DNA of 56,819 bases from an uncultured Gammaproteobacteria bacterium (GTDB taxonomy: Bacteria > Patescibacteriota > Microgenomatia > Woykebacterales > RBG-16-39-9b), in the NCBI GenBank assembly GCA_964643435.1, contig CAZXPY010000002.1, positions 16,794-73,612 of the forward strand, given 5' to 3'. Below the pieces are notes generated by a model that had not been told where the DNA came from, made no database searches, and saw nothing but the letters and a program-made list of their open reading frames with translations. Within the stretch, counting starts at the first letter, position 1. The number at the start of each line of letters is the position of its first letter. Shown here in pieces: positions 9,436 to 18,505 of the stretch. The translations under genes and the position numbers were made by a program.

Positions 9436-10226
9436 CTTTTTCTCCTTAAAAACTTATTATTAAAAACGGCAGTTAAAATCTTAAGGTCTCCTTTTAAATT
9501 GCGCTCCTTTTGTAAGTATAAAGCAATAAGACTAGAGATGGCAAGTAGAAGAGCAAGGACTTGATCAACTTTAAAATTTAGGAAATAAGTAGAATCGGCT
9601 CTTAAAAACTCTACTAAAAACCTGATTACCTCGATAAAAATAATCGCCGAAAGAAATGTTACACCACTTTTATTCTTAACCTTATCAATTTTTCTTAAAA
9701 CAAAAAGAGTCGCTAAACCTAAAGCCGCCTCGTAAAGTTGGGTTGGGTGCCTTTTTCCGATTTCGCCAATAAACTTAACTCCAAGAGGCAGTGAAGTTTC
9801 GATCCCGATTTCCGTACCCGCTAGAAAGCTACCAATTCTTCCAATTACAAAGCTAAGAGTTGCCGCTAGTGCAACAATATCAGCCACTTGAAAAAACGGC
9901 CATTTTCTTCTTTTAGTGTAAAGATAAAGAGCTAGAAGTCCGCCTAAAATACTACCGTGGAAAGAAAGTCCCCCGCTCCAAATTGCAAAAATTCGCAAAA
10001 AATCATCTCTAAAAGCTTCTGTATTGAAAGCAACAAAATATAACCTTGCGCCGACCAACGCACCAACAAGAATAAAGATGCAAAGATCAAGGAGTTTTTC
10101 CTCGTTATAACCTTGTCTTTTTCCCTCCCGCCAAACAAAAAAAGTACCAAATAAGTAACCGACGGTTAGGAAAAGACCAAAAGAGCGAATTGCAACCGGT
10201 CCAATATCAAATATTATTGGTAACAT
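9432..10226 (-). CDS. lgt: Prolipoprotein diacylglyceryl transferase
   Basis: VGARLYFV, WSGGLSFHG, GRIGSF, RHPTQLYE, RFLVEFLR motifs. Confidence 0.95.
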   Translation of the reverse strand: MLPIIFDIGPVAIRSFGLFLTVGYLFGTFFVWREGKRQGYNEEKLLDLCIFILVGALVGARLYFVAFNTEAFRDDFLRIFAIWSGGLSFHGSILGGLLALYLYTKRRKWPFFQVADIVALAATLSFVIGRIGSFLAGTEIGIETSLPLGVKFIGEIGKRHPTQLYEAALGLATLFVLRKIDKVKNKSGVTFLSAIIFIEVIRFLVEFLRADSTYFLNFKVDQVLALLLAISSLIALYLQKERNLKGDLKILTAVFNNKFLRRKS

Positions 10227-10247
10227 CTTTATAGTGAGCTTGTCGAA

Positions 10248-11213
10248 CTATTGTCTCGAATTTCGGGAAACTCTGATTAGTCCTGAACAAGAAATAATTT
10301 TGACTCCTTTTTTTTCTAATTCATCAAGCAATAAATTCATTCCCAAAGAATCGGAAACCATATGCCCAGCAACAACCACGTTAATATGAAATTTCTCTGC
10401 CTCCTTACGGTGCTCTTCACCTAAGTGCATATCAATACTCGTTCCCACTCCAGCCTGCGAGAGTTTTTCATAAATTTCCTTGGCCCCTTCGGTTCCACCA
10501 GTAAACCCTAAAACAGCAATTTTACCAGCCCGATTTTTTTCTGATCCGGCAACGACCATCGGACCAGCTTTAAATTTGGCGGCTTGTTGGTATTCTGGGA
10601 TCGCTAGAAGCATCTCAATTACTTCCCCAACTGTTTCTGGTTTGGTTTTTTCTACTTGTTGGGTGATAAAACGATGGGCTAAATTATCGGTCGGTGTGTG
10701 AACGCTCATAAAAGGAATATTTAAAAGCCGGGCGGCATCAACTGATTGAAAATGGTTAATTGGACCCAGTTTCCTTCTCACTTCCCCAATTCTATTTTTT
10801 AAAACTCCCTCTGCAATATTAATAGGTACGCCTTCGGCAGCCAAAAGATCAACTTGCAAATCCATAACTTCATCAAGGCTGGCTAGTGCGCCACCGTGGG
10901 GATGATGTCCCCAGATAAGATCAATTTTTTCTCCTTTTTCACTCAAACGATCGGCTAATAAAACTTCACCAACACCCATATCAACTCCAGCTAAAATACT
11001 ATTAACACCAGTTGAAGGATCTCCAAATAAAATTCTTGTGTCCGAATAGGGATTGGTTAAAGATTCTCTGTCGAAATATTTTTTCTTATTGGCAGGCATT
11101 TCCTCGTACTCACGTTTCAGCCGCACCAAAGTTTTTTTAACTCCAGTTTCGCCCCGAGGATCCGCCTTGATTCCCTTTTTGATAACTAACTCATAAATTT
11201 CGCTAATAATCAT
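10248..11213 (-). CDS. NIF3/NGG1p-interacting factor family metal-binding protein
   Basis: WGHHPHG, SVHTPTDN, AGHMVSDSLG motifs; likely start at Met34 of the called ORF (11213). Confidence 0.85.
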   Translation of the reverse strand: MIISEIYELVIKKGIKADPRGETGVKKTLVRLKREYEEMPANKKKYFDRESLTNPYSDTRILFGDPSTGVNSILAGVDMGVGEVLLADRLSEKGEKIDLIWGHHPHGGALASLDEVMDLQVDLLAAEGVPINIAEGVLKNRIGEVRRKLGPINHFQSVDAARLLNIPFMSVHTPTDNLAHRFITQQVEKTKPETVGEVIEMLLAIPEYQQAAKFKAGPMVVAGSEKNRAGKIAVLGFTGGTEGAKEIYEKLSQAGVGTSIDMHLGEEHRKEAEKFHINVVVAGHMVSDSLGMNLLLDELEKKGVKIISCSGLIRVSRNSRQ

Positions 11214-11386
11214 TTGGAAAACTATTCTAACAAAAAAAATAAGCAGAGTCCAATTACCGAATGTATAAGGAGGAATTGAACGCGTAGTCCGAAGCGCAGC
11301 GACACGAAGCATTCAATTCAATCCTATTTTATAGAAAGAAAAAGGGTGGTTTTGAAGCAACACCACCCTCGAAAAAGTCCGCCGGT

Positions 11387-11701
11387 TTAGATCAGTTTTA
11401 CCGACAAACACGTAGTAGTACGATCAACTCCTGGAACGTCTTGTAGGGCTTTAATGAATTCTCCTAGTTCGTCCAAATTGTCCCTTTCCACTACCACCAT
11501 AAGATCATAAGGACCAAGCAATGAATCTGCAGAAATAATATCTGCCAACAAACGAATCCTCCGTTCCACTTCTTTGGCAAAAGGTGGTTTAGCTTCGACT
11601 AAGATATGAGCCCTTTGCACTCCGTTTTTCCTCCTGCCGTTGGACTTAAGAAAGCCGCCGTGACCTAAATGAGAGCTCAAGAATCCCTCCTTCTCCGACA
11701 A
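11387..11701 (-). CDS. Stand-alone Lrp/AsnC ligand-binding (RAM) domain protein
   Basis: LLGPYDLMVVVE...L.EFI..LQDVPGV.RTTT pattern; no HTH; SD AGGAGG. Confidence 0.8.
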   Translation of the reverse strand: MSEKEGFLSSHLGHGGFLKSNGRRKNGVQRAHILVEAKPPFAKEVERRIRLLADIISADSLLGPYDLMVVVERDNLDELGEFIKALQDVPGVDRTTTCLSVKLI

Positions 11702-11740
11702 TCACGAATCCTCCTTCTTCCTTGAATTTGGAATAGAAAA

Positions 11741-11769
11741 ATTTTAGCAAACAACCAGTCTTTTGTCAA
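11741..11769 (-). promoter_or_regulatory. Sigma70-type promoter
   Basis: TTGACA-17-TAAAAT. Confidence 0.75.
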
Positions 11770-11830
11770 ACCCGAGGAGTGGAAAATTAGTCTTTAAAGG
11801 TAATCTCAATCCCATAACCTATAATACCAG

Positions 11831-11841
11831 AGGTTGAACCT
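11831..11841. repeat. REP-like palindrome downstream of the RAYT-type gene
   Basis: AGGTT-G-AACCT; identical 11-mer at 12447-12457. Confidence 0.65.
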
Positions 11842-11844
11842 AGA

Positions 11845-12438
11845 TTACTCTAAGGTATATGATCTTAGTTCAGGTCCAGGATATTCTTCCTTGGTTAAAC
11901 CGGTCTTTACGAATTCCTCATAATCCTTTTGTGAATTCTTTTTTGAAAAATATCCCAATATAAACTTGGTTTCAACAAATTCTCTATGCTGCTCACCAAC
12001 ATAATCTAAATAGCTACTCCAAGTATAATTTCCCACTGTTTTACCTAAGCCAGCTTTTACTGGATTTAAGTGTATATAGCGACTTAATTGTATCAAATAT
12101 TCGTCTTTATCAACTAAAATTGAATGGAACCTTCCTTGGAAAAGATGTCCGCTCCGCTTGTACTTTAAATTGAAATACATAGTACAGCTTGTGTTTAAGG
12201 CCTGCATAAATTTTGAAATTGGGACATCAGTATTTTGCCTTAATAATAAGTGGACATGGTTTGGCATGAGTACAAAGCAAAGAATAGTAACATTATATTT
12301 TTCTGAATATTCTTCAAGTTTCAATAAAAACCTTTTTCTATCAGAATCGTTAAAGAAAACTTTCTGTTGGTTGTTACCACGCGTGATTATATGGTAATAA
12401 TTTCCATTCGCAAAATTTCTTATAGTTAATTTCCCCAT
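11845..12438 (-). mobile_element. REP-associated (RAYT-type) / IS200-like Y1 HUH tyrosine transposase
   Basis: YYHIITRGNN, MPNHVHLL (HUH), GHLFQGRF, YIHLNPVKAGL, Y.WSSY. Confidence 0.9.
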
Positions 12439-12446
12439 AGTATTCC

Positions 12447-12457
12447 AGGTTGAACCT
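12447..12457. repeat. REP-like palindrome upstream of the RAYT-type gene
   Basis: CC-AGGTTGAACCT-CGG. Confidence 0.65.
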
Positions 12458-12529
12458 CGGTAAATATATTATATTACGAATAATAAAATAAAGAAGGCGG
12501 AAAGAACGACTTTCCGCCAAGAGGAAAGA

Positions 12530-12841
12530 TTACCTACCACTCCAATTAGAATAAATAACCCGCGAATCTCGAAAGATACTTTTTAATAGAGATGTTTTTC
12601 TGGTTTCTGCGATTTCTAATCGCGCATCAATACTTAACTCTTCCGCTAAAGTATTGAACTCTTCTACCTCAGTAAAAGAGAAGTCTTCAAGGTCAGCTCT
12701 AAACTTATTATAGAGTGACATGATGGCACAGCACTTTTGAAAAACTCGGTTTCTCTCGTGAGGAGGTAACCCCTCTTCAGCCAATTTTTCGACCAAAGCA
12801 GTAAGGACTTGGTTCTCCAGTTCTTCGTGTTTACTTAACAC
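12530..12841 (-). CDS. Hypothetical protein
   Basis: 103-aa ORF with SD (GGAGGG) and upstream TTGACT promoter-like site; no motif recognised. Confidence 0.6.
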   Translation of the reverse strand: MLSKHEELENQVLTALVEKLAEEGLPPHERNRVFQKCCAIMSLYNKFRADLEDFSFTEVEEFNTLAEELSIDARLEIAETRKTSLLKSIFRDSRVIYSNWSGR

Positions 12842-12901
12842 CTTCCCCTCCTTTCTCGAATTTATTATATAACCATATAAAAATTAGTCAAACAAATTCC
12901 C

Positions 12902-14008
12902 TTAAATCGTAACCTCTTTTAGAGAAATTGTTGATTTGGTAATGGTTTTGAACCCATTTTCAGTTAAAATTACCATATCTTCCAACCTAACGCCGCCCCA
13001 GAGGGGTATGTAAATTCCTGGTTCAATTGTAAAAACACTACCCACTTGCAATTTTTCTTTCCGACCAGAGTAAAGAGTTGGTTTTTCGTGAATTTCCAAG
13101 CCAACTCCGTGCCCTAAACCGTGGCGATAAATATGATCGCTTCTGCTTCGCAACCATTCCTTAACTTTCTCATCCACCTTGCCGGCGGCTATTTTTTGCT
13201 GAATAATTTCTTTACCCAATTCTAGTGCTTGGGATACTAATGTATATATTTTCTTTTGCGTATCATTTGGTTTTCCGATAAATACTACTCTGGAAAAATC
13301 ACTATGGTATCCTCCTATTACCGCTCCAAAATCCAGCTGCACAATATCACCTTTTTTAATTTTTCTAGTTCCGGCAGCGTAATGCGGAAGGGCTGAATTT
13401 AAGCCACTTGCCACAATAAAGGGATACCAAGCTGCCTTTTCCGCTCCCGCCTCTCTCATAAAGCGTTCCAATTCCCAAGCAATTTCACGTTCTCTCATTC
13501 CCGGCTTGATAAACTTTAAGATATGGTTAAAAGTACGGTCACAAATTTCCACTGCTTTCTCAATTTGTTTAATCTCTTTTCGGTCTTTGACAGCTCTCAA
13601 CTCTTCAACAAGATCCGAAGTCGCTACCCATTTTATTTTGGTGTTCCTTTTTAAATAATTTAAGGTGGCGTGGGAAAGGTGTTTTGCTTCAAATCCGATC
13701 CGCTTTATTTTTTCTTTTTGGATAAAGAACTCGAGAAAATCTTTTTTAAAGTCCTCAATTGACACTAATGTAAAGGCTCTTGTACCAGCGTTTTTATTAA
13801 TCCGAGCTACAATTTTCTTCGCTGCTTCTTCGTAGCGGCTATCAACGCCGAGGAAACAACTGCTTCTACTCACCACTAACCAACCAAAAGAACTTTTCAC
13901 GCCGCTTAAATAGACTCGATTTGCATAAGAGTTTGAAATAAAAGCGTCTAAATTATTTTTTTCAAAAACTTTCCGTAAGTTGGCGATTCTTTTTAAATAG
14001 ACTTCCAT
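12902..14008 (-). CDS. Xaa-Pro aminopeptidase (M24 family)
   Basis: Creatinase_N domain; DFG...YHSDFSR, HGLGHGVGLEIHE, TIEPGIY, GVRLEDMV; start at MEVYLKR. Confidence 0.92.
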   Translation of the reverse strand: MEVYLKRIANLRKVFEKNNLDAFISNSYANRVYLSGVKSSFGWLVVSRSSCFLGVDSRYEEAAKKIVARINKNAGTRAFTLVSIEDFKKDFLEFFIQKEKIKRIGFEAKHLSHATLNYLKRNTKIKWVATSDLVEELRAVKDRKEIKQIEKAVEICDRTFNHILKFIKPGMREREIAWELERFMREAGAEKAAWYPFIVASGLNSALPHYAAGTRKIKKGDIVQLDFGAVIGGYHSDFSRVVFIGKPNDTQKKIYTLVSQALELGKEIIQQKIAAGKVDEKVKEWLRSRSDHIYRHGLGHGVGLEIHEKPTLYSGRKEKLQVGSVFTIEPGIYIPLWGGVRLEDMVILTENGFKTITKSTISLKEVTI

Positions 14009-14058
14009 ATCCCTAAACTTGACGAATCTTTTCGGGCACATTATAATACATATTCAGT

Positions 14059-14496
14059 ATGTTAAGTACGCCTCATTTACTGGTTGGCGCGGTAATTGGC
14101 CAAATTATCCCCAATCCAGCTTTGGCAATACCTTTAAGTTTCCTAAGTCATTTTCCTCTCGATGCCGTCCCGCATTGGGATGGTGGTGCTCCAAAGCCAC
14201 CTTTTAAATTAACCACGGTGTTAAAAACTATTTTAGACTTGAGTTTTGGTTTAGCCTTAATTTTCGTTATTACTAGTGGAAAGCAAAGAGAACTGTCAAT
14301 TTTGGCTAGTTCATTGGCGGCAATTTCGCCAGATATTATTCAGGGAATGATCACAATCTTGGGCTTAAAGTGGAAACCGCTTAACGTTTTTACCACCTTT
14401 CATTTGAATATTCAAGGTAGAATCGGACCAGTAATCGGGCTTTATACAAGCGCAGTAACGGCAGTAATCGCCTTACTTCTTTTGCTTAAAAGTTGA
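14059..14496 (+). CDS. Membrane protein, possibly metal-dependent hydrolase-like
   Basis: HLLVGA...SHFPLDAVPHWD His motifs with TM helices. Confidence 0.7.
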   Translation: MLSTPHLLVGAVIGQIIPNPALAIPLSFLSHFPLDAVPHWDGGAPKPPFKLTTVLKTILDLSFGLALIFVITSGKQRELSILASSLAAISPDIIQGMITILGLKWKPLNVFTTFHLNIQGRIGPVIGLYTSAVTAVIALLLLLKS

Positions 14497-15048
14497 CCTC
14501 TCAACGTACTCGCCATTTCTCGTATCAATTTTAATTTTATCGCCAGTTTTTATAAAGAGCGGCACGGATATTTGCATTCCGTTAGAAAGGGTTGCGCTTT
14601 TGTAAACGTTGGAAACGCTGTCTCCCTTAACTCCGGGTCCGGTTTCGTTAACCGTCAATTCCATAAGTCTTGGTAATTCTAAACTAAGTGCTTCTTTATC
14701 AAAAAACAAAATTTCGTACTCTTCTTCTTCTTTTAGAAATTTTGCCGCTTCCCCTATTTGGTTTTTGTTCAAACTAAACTGCTCCCAACTCCCTGTATCG
14801 GTAAAGTTAAAAGAGGCTTCGTCTTTCCAAAGAAACTTAACTTTCTTTTTTTCAAGGTGGGCTTCGTTAACCCTTGCGCCACTTATAAAACTTTTTTCGG
14901 TTATTGCGCATGAGCGTAAATTTTTTACCTTCAGTTTAATATTGGCACTTCCCCGCCCCATTTTTAGGTGTTCGTAATTTAAAACTTCGAAGATATCGTC
15001 TTTTTCTTCGAAAAATTTTCCCGCCCTAAGTTCAGTTATGTTTACCAT
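14473..15048 (-). CDS. efp: Elongation factor P
   Basis: HLKMGRGSA loop, TGPGVKGDSV, VPLFIKTGD.IKIDTR.GEYVER. Confidence 0.96.
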   Translation of the reverse strand: MVNITELRAGKFFEEKDDIFEVLNYEHLKMGRGSANIKLKVKNLRSCAITEKSFISGARVNEAHLEKKKVKFLWKDEASFNFTDTGSWEQFSLNKNQIGEAAKFLKEEEEYEILFFDKEALSLELPRLMELTVNETGPGVKGDSVSNVYKSATLSNGMQISVPLFIKTGDKIKIDTRNGEYVERSTFKQKK

Positions 15049-15062
15049 ATACGAAAATCTTA

Positions 15063-16019
15063 TCAGTTTTTCGGCTTTGACGGCAAATTCTTTGATTTCC
15101 GAAACAAAAGAGCCAAAAGAGCTATGCGTATATACAACCCGTTCCGAGCTTGTCGAAAATATGCGGCACGCTTGTCGGAATCAACCTCTCGGCTGATTTC
15201 ATTTATTCTCGGTAACGGATGCATGATAACCGCTTGCTTGTTGAGTTTGTTTAATAATTTTTTATCAAGGACAAATGAATCCTTCATTCGTTCGTAGAGT
15301 TGTGGAGATGAAAACCTTTCTTTTTGAATCCTCGTCATGTACAGAATATCAACTTTCGGAAGTAGGTTTTCCAAATTATCTAATTCAGAAAATTTTATCT
15401 TGTGCGTCTTTAAGAATTGTCTGTATTTTTCTGGTAACCTTAATTCTCTCGGTGAAACAAAAAATACTTCGATATTATGACTAAATGAAAGGAGATAAAT
15501 AAGCGAGTGGATCGTCCTACCATAAAGCAGATCGCCGACCATCCCGATTTTGAAACCATCAATATGGCCAAATTCTTTTCTGATTGTATACAAATCAAGG
15601 AGTGCTTGGGTTGGGTGTTCGCCAGCTCCATCACCCGCATTGATGATTGGAACCAAAGAAACTTTAGCCGCTCTTTCAGCCGCACCGGCTTCCGGATGAC
15701 GTAGGACGATCACATCAGAATATCCGGAAATGATCCTAATACTGTCTTCCAACGTCTCGCCTTTGATAGCCGAGGAAAAGTGTCCAGCGCTTTCGGTAGA
15801 AATTACTTGGCCGCCGAGTTTCAGCATCGCCGATTCGAAAGAAAACCGAGTGCGGGTACTCGGTTCATAGAAAACACAAGAGAGAATTTTACTCTGTAAA
15901 ATCTTTGGGATTTTATCTTTTCGATCGGCTTTTTCGAAACTATCTGCAACCTTAAAAATCTCTTCAAGTACTTTCTTATTCAAAAATTGTTTGGTGCTCA
16001 AAATATGTTCAAAATTCAT
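15063..16019 (-). CDS. pyrB: Aspartate carbamoyltransferase catalytic subunit
   Basis: FYEPSTRTRFSFE, HPTQALLD, MHPLPR; start at MNFEHIL (16019). Confidence 0.96.
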   Translation of the reverse strand: MNFEHILSTKQFLNKKVLEEIFKVADSFEKADRKDKIPKILQSKILSCVFYEPSTRTRFSFESAMLKLGGQVISTESAGHFSSAIKGETLEDSIRIISGYSDVIVLRHPEAGAAERAAKVSLVPIINAGDGAGEHPTQALLDLYTIRKEFGHIDGFKIGMVGDLLYGRTIHSLIYLLSFSHNIEVFFVSPRELRLPEKYRQFLKTHKIKFSELDNLENLLPKVDILYMTRIQKERFSSPQLYERMKDSFVLDKKLLNKLNKQAVIMHPLPRINEISREVDSDKRAAYFRQARNGLYIRIALLALLFRKSKNLPSKPKN

Positions 16020-16034
16020 ATTGCAAATTACTAA

Positions 16035-16062
16035 GTGGTAGGACGTCAAACGTCCCTACCAC
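16035..16062. repeat. GT-N3-AC family hairpin just 3' of the tRNA locus
   Basis: Minus strand GTGGTAGG-G-ACGT-TTG-ACGT-CCTACCAC. Confidence 0.6.
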
Positions 16063-16070
16063 GCTCAGCG

Positions 16071-16284
16071 TGGTGGGCAAGGTGGGAGTCGAACCCACAA
16101 GGTGTTGCCATCACCCCGTTAATGGTGCCGGCGGTCGGAGTCGAACCGACATGAGCTTGCACTCACAGGTTTTTGAGACCTGCGTGTCTACCATTCCACC
16201 ACACCGGCACATTTTGCGGGGCTGCGTCTACCGGTTCCGCCGCGTCAAACGCGGCTGTAACGTTCGACGTTCTGCCACTTGCCC
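16071..16284 (-). tRNA. Interrupted outer Leu-type tRNA gene (anticodon not resolvable; split tRNA or pseudogene)
   Basis: Perfect acceptor GGGCAAG/CTTGCCC + A + CCA; T arm GTGGG-TTCGACT-CCCAC; GGTAGACGC D-arm 3' half; stem GCCCC/GGGGT; long variable arm. Carries a 35-nt insert in the D arm and a whole tRNA in the anticodon loop. Confidence 0.8.
16123..16208 (-). tRNA. tRNA-Leu (CAA), intact, CCA encoded
   Basis: GCCGGTGTGGTGGAATGGTAGACACG-CAGGT-CTCAAAA-ACCTG-long variable arm-GTCGG-TTCGACT-CCGAC-CGCCGGC-ACCA. Confidence 0.97.
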
Positions 16285-16297
16285 CTGTGTACAACCG

Positions 16298-16326
16298 ATT
16301 ATATAATTTTCAGTCTGTTCTTTCAA
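16298..16326 (-). promoter_or_regulatory. Promoter upstream of the outer tRNA 5' end
   Basis: TTGAAA-17-TATAAT ending 14 nt before position 16284. Confidence 0.8.
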
Positions 16327-16353
16327 TGAATTTTTGATGAGGGATTAGCTTTT

Positions 16354-16378
16354 AGGGTCAGACCCTCAGGTTAAACTT
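16354..16378. repeat. Tandem REP-like palindromes
   Basis: AGGGT-CAG-ACCCT followed by AGGT-TAA-ACTT. Confidence 0.55.
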
Positions 16379-16428
16379 TTTATTTCTAACTTATTACTTG
16401 TTACTCGTTACGTAATAACTTTACTTGT

Positions 16429-17772
16429 TCACTTGGAGCGCATTTTTTCGACGCCGTAGAATTTACGCCTCTCGCCTTTAAAGCGCAGATCAATTTCTCC
16501 CAACGGGCCGTTGCGGTGTTTGGCGATCAGCAACTTTATATCTTCGAAGTTCTCCTGATCTTCCCGATACAAAAACATCACTACATCCGCGTCCTGTTCA
16601 ATTGCACCACTCTCCCGCAGATCCGCAAGTTGGGGAATTTTCGCAGTTCTTGCTTCCACGGCTCGGGAAAGCTGCGATATTGCCAAAACCGGAATTTTAA
16701 GCTCTCTTGCCAAATTTTTTAGGGCTTGGGAGATTTCGCTCACCTCTTGGACTCGGTTTTCCAAATTTCGGCCCCGGACAAGTTGCAAATAATCAACGAT
16801 CAAAAGCTTTAAGTTGTGTTCCATCTGCAATCTTCTTGCCTTTGTTCTCATCTCCATTATCGAAATCCCCGGAGTATCATCAATAAAAAGCGGGGCCTCG
16901 GCCAACTCTCCCATTGCTTCAGAAAGTTTCGAGAAATCATCATCATCCAAATTCCCGGTGGTAATTTTCCAAGCATCAACATCCGATTCACAAGCAAGTA
17001 ATAAATCAATAAGTTGCTCTTTACTCATTTCCACTGAAAAAATCCCCACTGGTATTTTTTCGCGTACGGCAACGTGCTGGGCAATATTGCTGGCAAGAGT
17101 GGTTTTTCCTAAGGAAGGCCGGGCTGCCAAAATTATTAAGTTTGAATCCTGCAGGCCAGAGAGTTTCTTATCAATATCCGAAAAACCAGTCGGTACTCCA
17201 CGTAAGGCGCCGCCCTTTTTTTGCAGTTCGTCAAGCCGATCAAAACTTTCCGCCAAAGCTTCTCTAATTGGGATAAAGTTACTGCGCAAATGTTCTTGCG
17301 AGATTCCAAATAAATCCTTCTCGACGTCTTCTAAAAGAGTAGGAACTTCTTTATCCTCTTCAAACGCTTCTTGGGTTATTTTCGCGGCCGTACTAATCAG
17401 CGCCCTTTTTATTGCCTTATCTTTAACAATTTGAGCGTAATGTTCAACATGAGCGCTGGTCGGAACGCTATTTACCAAGGAAGTGAGGTAACTACTACCG
17501 CCAACAAAATCATACTTTTCCACTCTTTTTAACTCATCAGTAACGGTAACCAAATCTGCCGGCAATCTTTTTTCATAAAGAATAAGAATCGCGCGGTATA
17601 TTTCGGCGTGGATTTCGGTATAAAAATGTTCTGGTTTGAGGCTCTCCGCCACTTTTACAATCGCGTCTTTATCGATTAAAAGTGCCCCAAGAACGCTGGC
17701 TTCTGCCTCTAAATTTTGGGGAGGGAGTCTTAGATCGCTTTTTACTTTTTCTTTTATCTGCGTTTGGGCCAT
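16429..17772 (-). CDS. dnaB: Replicative DNA helicase
   Basis: PPQNLEAE, AARPSLGKT Walker A, IVDYLQL, DLRESGAIEQDAD, KHRNG. Confidence 0.98.
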   Translation of the reverse strand: MAQTQIKEKVKSDLRLPPQNLEAEASVLGALLIDKDAIVKVAESLKPEHFYTEIHAEIYRAILILYEKRLPADLVTVTDELKRVEKYDFVGGSSYLTSLVNSVPTSAHVEHYAQIVKDKAIKRALISTAAKITQEAFEEDKEVPTLLEDVEKDLFGISQEHLRSNFIPIREALAESFDRLDELQKKGGALRGVPTGFSDIDKKLSGLQDSNLIILAARPSLGKTTLASNIAQHVAVREKIPVGIFSVEMSKEQLIDLLLACESDVDAWKITTGNLDDDDFSKLSEAMGELAEAPLFIDDTPGISIMEMRTKARRLQMEHNLKLLIVDYLQLVRGRNLENRVQEVSEISQALKNLARELKIPVLAISQLSRAVEARTAKIPQLADLRESGAIEQDADVVMFLYREDQENFEDIKLLIAKHRNGPLGEIDLRFKGERRKFYGVEKMRSK

Positions 17773-17782
17773 ATTTTTTACT

Positions 17783-18424
17783 CTAGCGAATTTTCTCTAA
17801 AAGAACAATCTCTAATTCCTCGGGTAATTTCTCGCTCGAAACTACCAGTTTATTTTGGGCGACTATTTCTTCTTTACCCATCTCCTTCAAAAATTTACTT
17901 ACCATCTCTAGCGGAAATTTCAAGCCTTCTATTTTGTAATGCATGGGAATCACAATTTTTGGTTCAATTTGGGCCACAATCTTGGCAGCAGAATCAGCTT
18001 CAATTGTATAAACCCCACCAACCGGAATTAAAAGGACATCCACTGCTCCCAGTTCTTCAAGCTGTTGGTTCGTAAGGGGGTGTCCTAGATCACCGAAATG
18101 GGCTATCTGTACATTATCAATATTGATATTATAGATTGTGTTTTTACCGCGAAGTTTTCCTTCTTTCTCATCATGAAAGGTACCAACCCCAACAACATTA
18201 ACTCCTTTTAGCTCGTATTCACCTGGCCCTTCAATAACAAAAGGGTTGGTACTAACCACACTAACCGCATTGTGGTCACTATGACCGTGACTTACCGTTA
18301 CAATATCCGCTTCCACCTTTAAAGGGGTTAACCCGGTAAAAGTTGCCTCGTATGGATCGGTAAAAACAGCCGCATCCTTCCCTTTTAATTTAAATGCCGC
18401 TTGCCCGTACCAAGTTATTTCCAT
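17783..18424 (-). CDS. MBL-fold metallo-hydrolase (Lactamase_B_3-like)
   Basis: ITWYGQAAF, TVSHGHSDH, HFGDLG, IPMHYK. Confidence 0.9.
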   Translation of the reverse strand: MEITWYGQAAFKLKGKDAAVFTDPYEATFTGLTPLKVEADIVTVSHGHSDHNAVSVVSTNPFVIEGPGEYELKGVNVVGVGTFHDEKEGKLRGKNTIYNINIDNVQIAHFGDLGHPLTNQQLEELGAVDVLLIPVGGVYTIEADSAAKIVAQIEPKIVIPMHYKIEGLKFPLEMVSKFLKEMGKEEIVAQNKLVVSSEKLPEELEIVLLEKIR

Positions 18425-18505
18425 AGATAAATAATTTAACATAAAGAAATATTGCTTGACAATCTACCAAAAATCCAATTATTATCAAATTAGTATTTTA
18501 AAAAG

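Noticed and set aside
16035-16062. Self-target of guide AACGTCCTACCTAGGACT in the tRNA-flanking hairpin
   Set aside because: 10-nt match (ACGTCCTACC) only; not significant. I could not search the window exhaustively for the other guides.
16071-16284. Group I intron in tRNA-Leu
   Set aside because: The anticodon-loop insert is about 100 nt and almost all is the inner tRNA; no P3-P7 core.
16070-16306. 78-aa ORF
   Set aside because: Antisense translation of the tRNA locus.
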